From NCBI GenBank assembly GCA_900551775.1, contig URXI01000001.1, positions 1-51,895 on the forward strand: 51,895 nt of DNA, written 5' to 3'. The notes under the pieces were generated by a model. The model was not told the DNA's origin, made no database searches, and was given only the letters and a program-made list of their open reading frames with translations. Numbering within the stretch: the first letter of the stretch is position 1; each line of letters opens with the position of its first letter. Of the stretch, positions 10,719 through 18,087 are shown piece by piece. The stretch is from an uncultured Eubacterium sp. GTDB lineage: Bacteria; Bacillota; Clostridia; Peptostreptococcales; Anaerovoracaceae. Made by a program: the position numbers and the translations under genes.

Positions 10719-11555
10719 TTAAAGGACAAATTGCTCTATCGCTTTTGCTACGCCGTCATGATCGTTGGTATCCGTAACATAATCTGCTAAGGATTTCATT
10801 TCTTCTGATGCGTTGCCGACAACCACACCGATTTTGGCCAGTTTGATCATCTCTATGTCATTTGGGCTGTCTCCGCAGGCCATCAGCTCATCAGGCTTCA
10901 CACCCAGTCTTCTCATGAGAAAGCGTAAAGCTTCTGCCTTGCTGGTATTAGCTCCGCCGATTTCAAAATTGTGCTGAAAGGATGAAGTCAGAGTGATATC
11001 CTCTATTTTTTCTAGAATCCTCTGCCATTTTTCTTTGTCTTCTATGTGCTCAAAATTGATACTGATATTCTCGATCCGATGCTTATTTTCAATCATGTAG
11101 TCGCAGATATGCGGAATCGGGTTGCGGGTGCTTTTGATGTATTCTGCATCGCGGTAAGTGGAACCATTGGCGACTACATCGTCATATTCTGCTTTGTCGA
11201 TAAAGGCTTTACCGCCGACAAAGGTTTCAATGGAAAAGCGGGTGTCCTGCAGCACTCTTACGACTTCCTCAACGGCATGAGAGGCAAGATAGTTTTCATA
11301 GATGGTCTTCATCGTGGCCAATTCTGTTACATGGGCGCCATTGGATGTCACAATATATTCCAATCCCTCGATGCTAAAAAGCTGCTTGGGCAGCGACTGG
11401 AAGGTACGCCCTGTAGAAACGACAATGTGCACGCCGTCTTCCATCGCTTTTTTAAACGCAGCTATGGTCCTCCCCGATATTTCCTTTTGATTGTTGAGCG
11501 TGGTTCCATCAAGATCCAGAGCCACCATTTTTATCTTCTTATCTTTCATTTCCAT
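10719..11555 (-). CDS. Cof-type HAD-IIB family phosphatase
   Basis: DLDGTTL, STGR, SKAEAL and GDSPNDIEM motifs. Confidence 0.93.
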   Translation of the reverse strand: MEMKDKKIKMVALDLDGTTLNNQKEISGRTIAAFKKAMEDGVHIVVSTGRTFQSLPKQLFSIEGLEYIVTSNGAHVTELATMKTIYENYLASHAVEEVVRVLQDTRFSIETFVGGKAFIDKAEYDDVVANGSTYRDAEYIKSTRNPIPHICDYMIENKHRIENISINFEHIEDKEKWQRILEKIEDITLTSSFQHNFEIGGANTSKAEALRFLMRRLGVKPDELMACGDSPNDIEMIKLAKIGVVVGNASEEMKSLADYVTDTNDHDGVAKAIEQFVL

Positions 11556-12141
11556 CCCTCAATGCTAAAAACTCCGTATTATAAATTCTGACTTTCTTCA
11601 TGGTACAGCCATCGTCATGGCCTGGATAAATCATGATGTCATTTTCCCATAGGTCGACCACATCGCATATGGAACGTTTCATATCGGCTTCTGAACCACC
11701 TGCCAGATCTGTCCTGCCCAAATCCGTATCAAAGATGGTGTCTCCTGTAAAGCACACCCTGCTCTTTGCTCCCATAATACAAATACTGCCTCTGGTATGT
11801 CCCGGTGTATGCAGGACTTCAAGGACTTCATCATCCAGTGCAAAAGTATCCCCCGCTTTTATACGCTGGTCCACTACACCTTTATATCCAAAAGCGTCCT
11901 CCTCGTGCATGAAGATTGGACACTCCAAAACATCTCGCACGGCCTCTGCTGCGCCCACATGATCGTGATGAAGATGGGTCAAAATAATGCCCTTTGGTGT
12001 CAGCTGATTTTCTTTCACAAAATTGATGAACTTCTTTGGTTGATACCCTGGATCTATGATATAGCAGTTTCCGCCTGTCTGTCCATAGAGCACATAACCG
12101 TTACTCTGAAGGCTTCCGCCTATAAATCTCTTAATTTTCAA
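11539..12141 (-). CDS. MBL-fold metallo-hydrolase (glyoxalase II/YcbL-like); likely start TTG 12141, frame open upstream to TTG 12252
   Basis: THLHHDHVG, HTPGHT, TGDTIF and YPGH motifs; AAGGGAGG SD 6 nt before TTG. Confidence 0.9.
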   Translation of the reverse strand: MKIKRFIGGSLQSNGYVLYGQTGGNCYIIDPGYQPKKFINFVKENQLTPKGIILTHLHHDHVGAAEAVRDVLECPIFMHEEDAFGYKGVVDQRIKAGDTFALDDEVLEVLHTPGHTRGSICIMGAKSRVCFTGDTIFDTDLGRTDLAGGSEADMKRSICDVVDLWENDIMIYPGHDDGCTMKKVRIYNTEFLALRDGNER

Positions 12142-12392
12142 AAAATCCCTCCCTTGCAGCAACGTATTGCAGCGCAATACTCCTACGCTTGATTCTGGAA
12201 CCATTATACCGTGTGCATTCCTCTGAAAATACAATCGCGGCACACGATTCAATGAACGCTTCCTTACAGCAACGCTGTAGGATCGTTTGCGTTCATTATA
12301 CCATGACTATACCTTTGAAAACACAGTCGAAAGTCATGATTCAATGGTTCCTACCTTGCGACAACGTCGTAAGATTATGGAACCATTATACC
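12140..12392 (-). ncRNA. Candidate structured leader RNA built from a ~91-bp tandem unit with covarying stems (strand inferred)
   Basis: CATTATACC recurs at 12202, 12294 and 12384; ATTCAATG at 12247 and 12339; 10 compensatory pair changes over three stems; two 23-nt loops 17/23 identical. Confidence 0.6.
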
Positions 12393-12436
12393 AAATTCCA
12401 AAACCTCTTGCAAATTCAAATGTTTTGAATTAGAAT
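12385..12436. promoter_or_regulatory. Divergent sigma-A promoters sharing a palindromic -35 TTGCAA
   Basis: Minus: TTGCAA(12413-12408)-17-TATAAT with extended TG; plus: TTGCAA-17-TAGAAT(12431-12436) upstream of trkA. Confidence 0.65.
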
Positions 12437-12484
12437 AGGGTAAGTGCTTATACAAAATTTTGAAATTGTAAAGAGGGTAAAAAG

Positions 12485-13834
12485 ATGAACGTTGCTATTG
12501 TTGGCGCCGGCAAGCTGGGCTTTAAAGTCGCAGAAGCCTTGCTGGGCGGAGATTATGCGATTACAATGATCGACAAAAATGAGGACGTGCTGCATAAGCT
12601 GTCACAGCATCTGGACGTCATGACAATCAATGCAGATGCAAAAGATATTGCAGTTCTCAAGAACATCAATATCAATACATTTCACTATCTGCTGGCAGTA
12701 ACGGATAATGACGAAACCAACATCGTAATTTCTGCTTTTGCAAAAAAACTGGGATGCAGGCATGTCATCGCCAGAGTCAGAGAACCGGAATATATGAATC
12801 AATTTGATTTCATAAAAGAAACCATGCACATTGATTCGATTATCAATCCGGATCTGGCTATCACTGTTGAAATTTATAAATATCTAGCGGAAAAATACAC
12901 ATTGAGTAATGGAATCTTTACCAGTGGAAAAATCTCCCTGATCGAGTTTCCCTCAAAACGATTTTCCAAGCTGGTGGGCCGCAGTATTCCCGAAGTCGGA
13001 GAATACCTGCCAAATATGTTGATTGCGGCTATCTCAAGAAACGGAAAAGTCATCATTCCTCATGGCAACGACCATATACAGAATGGGGACTTTCTCTACG
13101 TTGTGGGCGAAAAAGACCAGATCATCAGCTTGAATAAAAAAGTACATGAAAAAGGACGTTATACGAACCTCCAGAAGGTCATGATCATAGGCGGCGGAAA
13201 AACTGGATTTTACCTGGCAGAAAAGCTTTCGGAATTTGGAGCTGCCGTAAAATTAGTAGAAAAGAACAAAGAACGCTGTCGTTATCTATCCACCCATTTA
13301 AATAATGTCATGGTCCTCCACAGTGATGGAACCGACATCTCCCTGTTGGAAGAAGAAAATATGAACGAGATGGACGCCTTCGTAACCGCCACTGGTTATG
13401 ACGAAGAGAATCTGCTTTTGGCCTTGACTGCCAAGCAGCATGGAATTGCCGACGTCATCTCCAAGGTCAGCCACGAGAGTTACAAAGGCCTCATCGAGCG
13501 CATGGGGGTGGATGTCGTACTGAATCCCCTCGACATTACAGCAAGCAATATTCTGAGATTTATTCAGGGGTCGAAAAAAATCATTTCTTCCCTGTTGATT
13601 CAGGGACAAGCCGAAATCATGGAAATCATCGCACACTCTCATATGACCATGATCGGCGTTCCGCTCGCAGAGCTGGAACTTCCTGACGGCGTATTGATTG
13701 CAGCTATCCACAGAGGAAAAGACGTCATTATTCCGACTGGAACCACAAAGATAGAACTGCACGATAAAGTCATCATCCTCAGCCTGCTGAGTGAAATCGG
13801 TGACTTAGAAAAACTATTAAAGAACAAAAACTAG
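12485..13834 (+). CDS. trkA: Trk potassium uptake protein TrkA (two RCK units)
   Basis: IVGAGKLG and IIGGGKTG Rossmann motifs with RCK-C domains; upstream of trkH genes. Confidence 0.95.
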   Translation: MNVAIVGAGKLGFKVAEALLGGDYAITMIDKNEDVLHKLSQHLDVMTINADAKDIAVLKNININTFHYLLAVTDNDETNIVISAFAKKLGCRHVIARVREPEYMNQFDFIKETMHIDSIINPDLAITVEIYKYLAEKYTLSNGIFTSGKISLIEFPSKRFSKLVGRSIPEVGEYLPNMLIAAISRNGKVIIPHGNDHIQNGDFLYVVGEKDQIISLNKKVHEKGRYTNLQKVMIIGGGKTGFYLAEKLSEFGAAVKLVEKNKERCRYLSTHLNNVMVLHSDGTDISLLEEENMNEMDAFVTATGYDEENLLLALTAKQHGIADVISKVSHESYKGLIERMGVDVVLNPLDITASNILRFIQGSKKIISSLLIQGQAEIMEIIAHSHMTMIGVPLAELELPDGVLIAAIHRGKDVIIPTGTTKIELHDKVIILSLLSEIGDLEKLLKNKN

Positions 13835-13843
13835 GAGTTTAAA

Positions 13844-15310
13844 ATGACAGTAAACTTTAATGGTGTCATAAGGATGCTGGGAATTTTGTTTTTGGTACTG
13901 GGCCTCTGCCTGATACCTTCCCTTATCGTAGCCTTGGTCTATCACGAAATGCTGGCATTTCGGTGTTTTGTGTTTACAATCATACCTTGCTTTGCCATAG
14001 GGTTCATATTAATAAAGTTATTCCGCCCTTCTCTGATCAAACTAAAGGCCAGAGATGGGTTTCTTATTGTATCATTGTGCTGGCTGGTAGCCTCTTTGAT
14101 CGGCGCATTTCCACTCTGGTTTTCTGGAGCGATTCCAAGTTATATTGATGCTTTTTTTGAAACCTGTTCCGGATTTTCGACCACGGGCTCTTCCATCCTC
14201 ACCGATATTGAATCACTGCCCAGGTCCATGCTGTTCTGGCGATCCTTCACCCATTGGCTGGGCGGTATGGGTATCATCGTTTTCGCCATGGCTCTGCTGC
14301 CGTCTATCGGTGTCGGCGGTCAGCTCATTGCAAGTGCAGAAACACCGGGACCGACCTTGGACAAAATTGCTCCCCGCTTTTCCGATACAGCCAGGCGGCT
14401 ATATTTGGTATATTTATTTTTTACCATACTTGAGACATTGCTCCTGCTGCTAGGCGGCATGAATTTCTACGATTCCCTGGTCCACACCTTTGGTACAGTT
14501 GGAACCGGCGGCTTTTCATCCTATGGAAACAGCATCGCCCACTTCGACAGCCCCTACCTGCAATGGGTAATCACGATCTTCATGATTCTCTGCGGCATCA
14601 ATTTCAATCTTTACTTTGTATTGGCAAGAAGAGGGTTCAAATCCATGATGAGGGATTCTGAGCTAAAACTATATCTGTTGATCATACTCGCAGTATCTGC
14701 TCTGATTACCGTCAATCTCTTTGTCACAGGCGTCTACGATGATGTGGAAGAAGGGATTCGCACCTCCACTTTTCAGGTGGCTTCCATTATCACAACTACA
14801 GGTTATGCCACCGCCGATTACGATATTTGGCCTACCTTCAGCAAGATGCTGATCTTCCTGTTGATGCTGGTGGGCGCATGTTCTTCTTCTACAGGCGGAG
14901 GCGTAAAAGTAATCAGAATTCTAATCTCCTTAAAGCTGATTCGAAGAGGTGTCTCCCTGAAACTGCACCCAAGACGAGTGGTGACCGTGACACTGGGCGG
15001 AAAAGAAGTGCCTCAGGAGGTTTCAACAAATATCGCAAATTTTGTTTTTTTCTATATATTTGTGGTGTTTGCAGGTTCTTTCATTATTTCCTTTAACGGA
15101 TTTGATCTGATGACGACCATTTCGTCCGTCATCACTTGTCTGGGAAATATCGGACCTGGATTCTCACTCATTGGGCCCGTCATGAACTTCAGCGAATTTT
15201 CCGGTTTCTCAAAACTGATCTTATCGTTGTTGATGATTGCAGGCAGGCTGGAACTATTCACATTTTTCATGTTGTTCTCGCCCCATTACTGGAACTCCAA
15301 TAAATCATAA
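13844..15310 (+). CDS. trkH: TrkH family potassium channel subunit
   Basis: Pore loops SGFSTTG, GTGGFS, TTTGY and GNIGPG; SSTGGGVK; MIAGRLE. Confidence 0.94.
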   Translation: MTVNFNGVIRMLGILFLVLGLCLIPSLIVALVYHEMLAFRCFVFTIIPCFAIGFILIKLFRPSLIKLKARDGFLIVSLCWLVASLIGAFPLWFSGAIPSYIDAFFETCSGFSTTGSSILTDIESLPRSMLFWRSFTHWLGGMGIIVFAMALLPSIGVGGQLIASAETPGPTLDKIAPRFSDTARRLYLVYLFFTILETLLLLLGGMNFYDSLVHTFGTVGTGGFSSYGNSIAHFDSPYLQWVITIFMILCGINFNLYFVLARRGFKSMMRDSELKLYLLIILAVSALITVNLFVTGVYDDVEEGIRTSTFQVASIITTTGYATADYDIWPTFSKMLIFLLMLVGACSSSTGGGVKVIRILISLKLIRRGVSLKLHPRRVVTVTLGGKEVPQEVSTNIANFVFFYIFVVFAGSFIISFNGFDLMTTISSVITCLGNIGPGFSLIGPVMNFSEFSGFSKLILSLLMIAGRLELFTFFMLFSPHYWNSNKS

Positions 15311-15321
15311 GGAATAGGAAA

Positions 15322-16788
15322 ATGACATATAATCATCGAGTTATTTTAAGAACCATATCAGTCATCATGCTATTTGAGGGGTGCGCTATGCTGGTGCCCC
15401 TGGTTTGTGCTGTCTATTACAAGGAACTGGGTGCAGCATCGGCTTTTTTCTTCACTGCCATATGCTGTATCTGTTTCGGTATGACCGTATTTAAGCACCT
15501 GCGATACTATACGCTGAAAATCAAAACCCGCGAAGGCTACTTTGTCACTTTTATCTGCTGGTTTCTGGTCTGCCTGGTAGGCACTCTGCCCTATGCTTTA
15601 TCAGAATGCGGTTATTCTTACATTGACTGTATTTTTGAATCCGTGTCTGGCTGGACCACTACTGGTGCCTTTGTCATCAATATCGACGATATGCCCCGCT
15701 CTCTGGTTCTGTGGAAGGCTATTACCAACTGGCTGGGCGGCATGGGACTGCTTCTTCTGACCATTTCTTTCTTTCCAATATTGGGCGTACAAGGACAGAA
15801 AATGGCGGCAGCTGAAGTTCCCGGCCCTGATCTGGAGAAAATGTCTGCCAGGATCAGCGATACTGCAAAACTGTCCTACAGAATCTACATCGCAATGACG
15901 ATATTGGAATTATGCCTGCTGCTGCCCAGCGGTCTGACACCTTTCGAAGCCGTCATCAATACGATGTCGACCATCAGTACAGCGGGACTATATAATCTGA
16001 ATAACGATGTAGTGATCAACTTTACACCTTACGTAAAAGCTGTGTTCACCTTTTTTTCCATTGCAGGATCCATAAACTTCATGATGTATTTCTTTATTTC
16101 CGTAGGTAAATGGAGACGAGTCGTTAAAAATGTAGAGCTTCGGACTTATCTGGGGCTCTTAGCCGGCGGTTCGTTCATCATGGCCATCGTGCTGACTGCA
16201 ACCGGCACATACCATTCCTTTTTCAAGGCCCTTGGTGACGCTCTCGTTCAGGCGGTGGCCTTTGGCTCCACTTCAGGTTTTGAAATAGCAGATATCAATG
16301 TATGGCCAACAGCCTGCAAGATCGTGTTGCTCGTCCTGCTCCTGATCGGCGGCTGCGGCAATTCTACCAGCGGCTCCATCAAAGTCATACGATTTGTCGT
16401 ATACTTCAAATTGATTATGAGGGGAATCTACAAAAGAATTCATCCCCATGCAATCAAGCCTGTCATGATACAGAAAAAACCGGTCAGTGCAGAAAGTGCG
16501 TCTTCTATCACAGTATTTCTGATGTTATTTTTCTCCATATATGTTGTCTCCTCCTTAGTGCTGTCGCTGGAGAATCAGGATATGGAAACGACACTGGCGG
16601 CTTCGCTGGCGGCGATTACGAATAATGGCACCGGCTTTGGCAATATAGCGGGAGGGAATTTCGGTATCTTCTCCTGGTTCGGCAAACTCTTTTCTTCTGC
16701 TTTAATGCTGGCAGGAAGATTAGAACTTTACGCGATCATTCTTCTCTTCTCCAGATCCTTCTGGAATTCTGACAGAGCAAGATCTTAG
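15322..16788 (+). CDS. trkH: Second TrkH family subunit (divergent paralog)
   Basis: SGWTTTG, WLGGMG, STSGSIKV and MLAGRLE motifs. Confidence 0.92.
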   Translation: MTYNHRVILRTISVIMLFEGCAMLVPLVCAVYYKELGAASAFFFTAICCICFGMTVFKHLRYYTLKIKTREGYFVTFICWFLVCLVGTLPYALSECGYSYIDCIFESVSGWTTTGAFVINIDDMPRSLVLWKAITNWLGGMGLLLLTISFFPILGVQGQKMAAAEVPGPDLEKMSARISDTAKLSYRIYIAMTILELCLLLPSGLTPFEAVINTMSTISTAGLYNLNNDVVINFTPYVKAVFTFFSIAGSINFMMYFFISVGKWRRVVKNVELRTYLGLLAGGSFIMAIVLTATGTYHSFFKALGDALVQAVAFGSTSGFEIADINVWPTACKIVLLVLLLIGGCGNSTSGSIKVIRFVVYFKLIMRGIYKRIHPHAIKPVMIQKKPVSAESASSITVFLMLFFSIYVVSSLVLSLENQDMETTLAASLAAITNNGTGFGNIAGGNFGIFSWFGKLFSSALMLAGRLELYAIILLFSRSFWNSDRARS

Positions 16789-16815
16789 TCAATGATCGGA
16801 AATCAACGCATAATT

Positions 16816-16857
16816 AAAATCCTCCTGTAAAACATATTAAAACAGGAGGATTTTTTT
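16816..16857 (+). terminator. Terminator after the trk operon that also sequesters the SD of the CBS gene
   Basis: AAAATCCTCCTGT/ACAGGAGGATTTT stem followed by a T-run and ATG 16858. Confidence 0.65.
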
Positions 16858-17280
16858 ATGACCGTAAAAGAACTTATGACGACCAGCGTATGCTTTCTAA
16901 AACCCGACGCAGCTATTTCTGATGCAGCTGCTTTGATGAAAAAAAATAACATCGGAGTCGTGCCAATCTGCGATAACAGAGGCTGTCTCCTTGGACTAGT
17001 GACCGATCGGGATATTTTGATGCGCACATCGACTGCAGATGCAGACAGCGTCAAGCTTACAAAAATCTCAGATATCATGACGACGAATCTTGTGACCGTC
17101 TCTCCAGAAATGAACGTCCACGATGCCGCTTGTCTCTTTTCGAAAAAAAAAGTCCATCGTCTTCCCGTGTTGGAAAACGACAGACTGGTCGGTATGCTCT
17201 CATTGACTGATCTGGCCAAAAAGAAAATATTCTTAGCTGAGGTCGGCGATATCATGGGCTCCATTGCATCCAAAAAATAA
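16858..17280 (+). CDS. CBS-pair protein (YlbB/YhcV-like)
   Basis: VKELMT, IGVVPI, GLVTDRDI, VHRLPV and GMLSLTDL motifs. Confidence 0.9.
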   Translation: MTVKELMTTSVCFLKPDAAISDAAALMKKNNIGVVPICDNRGCLLGLVTDRDILMRTSTADADSVKLTKISDIMTTNLVTVSPEMNVHDAACLFSKKKVHRLPVLENDRLVGMLSLTDLAKKKIFLAEVGDIMGSIASKK

Positions 17281-17349
17281 AGTCCCAAAAAGAGTGAAGA
17301 GCCGGAAAACATTTCCGGCTAATCTCTCATCTCCATACCCCTATTGATT

Positions 17350-17445
17350 TTAGTTTCCCCTGTTAATCATGACGATTGCCCCGATTATGGCAATAATCAA
17401 AAGAAAGAATGCAATTAAAGACACTGTAATAGTTCTTGTAATCAT
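17350..17445 (-). CDS. 31-aa single-TM small protein MITRTITVSLIAFFLLIIAIIGAIVMINRGN (not in ORF track)
   Basis: AAAAGGGG SD-like sequence, ATG...TAA, hydrophobic core; downstream hairpin AGCCGGAAA/TTTCCGGCT. Confidence 0.6.
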   Translation of the reverse strand: MITRTITVSLIAFFLLIIAIIGAIVMINRGN

Positions 17446-17683
17446 CTCTACCCCTTTTCTAGTTCGTATACTATAGCTTCCCCTTTTGTATCTACATGAT
17501 ATTACTAATACTAGACAGGGTCAATACCCTTAGGGCAAAATTAAGAATTCTTAAGAATTGTATTCCAGTCTATTTCACTGACAATGGAAAAAAATTCACA
17601 AATCCATCACGTAATATAGTTAAATACTTATTGCTTTGTTGTTTGAGATGTTTTAATATATCTGTAGAAAGGAATGATGCAAT

Positions 17684-18043
17684 ATGACACAAAGAAGTAA
17701 AAACAAAAGTAATTTTAAGAAAGGGTCAGTAGAAATGCTGTTGCTTCATCTGCTGAAAACAGAAGGGGACTGTTACGGCTATCAGCTTTCACAGCTGATC
17801 AATCAGCGATCAAACGGCGTTTTGGTGATTCCAGAAGGGTCCATGTACCCGACCTTGTACAAGCTTATTGACAACAGCTTCATCACCGATTACAAAAAAA
17901 CCGTAGGTAAGAGAATGACACGCGTATACTATCATCTCGAGGAAGCCGGTGAAAAGCGTTTAGAGGAGTTAGTAGAGGACTATCTTGAAGTTACAGAAGC
18001 AATCCATAAAATTATGGATTTCCCATTAGAGGAAGAAAAATAA
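17684..18043 (+). CDS. PadR family transcriptional regulator
   Basis: YGYQL, EGSMYPTLYKL and RVYYHL motifs; AAAGGA SD. Confidence 0.92.
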   Translation: MTQRSKNKSNFKKGSVEMLLLHLLKTEGDCYGYQLSQLINQRSNGVLVIPEGSMYPTLYKLIDNSFITDYKKTVGKRMTRVYYHLEEAGEKRLEELVEDYLEVTEAIHKIMDFPLEEEK

Positions 18044-18053
18044 TTTACATGAT

Positions 18054-18079
18054 AAAGGACTGCCGATTGGCAGTCCTTT
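18054..18079. terminator. Bidirectional terminator between padR and rnr
   Basis: AAAGGACTGCC-GATT-GGCAGTCCTTT hairpin between convergent genes. Confidence 0.75.
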
Positions 18080-18087
18080 GTAGTATC

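Noticed and set aside
12133..12147. CodY-box-like AATTTTCAAAAAATC over the MBL start codon
   Set aside because: Two mismatches in AT-rich sequence constrained by the start region; could easily be chance
12189..12428. 79-aa plus-strand ORF across the repeat
   Set aside because: No SD, no recognisable motif, repeat copies fall in different frames
12140..12430. CRISPR array, integron attC array or canonical c-di-AMP (ydaO) riboswitch for trkA
   Set aside because: No identical repeats with unique spacers and no cas or integrase genes; the ydaO core (GGGGGA/GGAGGA, CAGCUAAC) is absent and the GAAU/GUA modules lie on the strand opposite trkA
16803..17312. Antisense ORF over the CBS gene, and the many similar shadow ORFs in the track
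   Set aside because: They overlap well-supported genes and show no motifs
17496..17687. 63-aa ORF upstream of padR
   Set aside because: No SD; AT-rich promoter region
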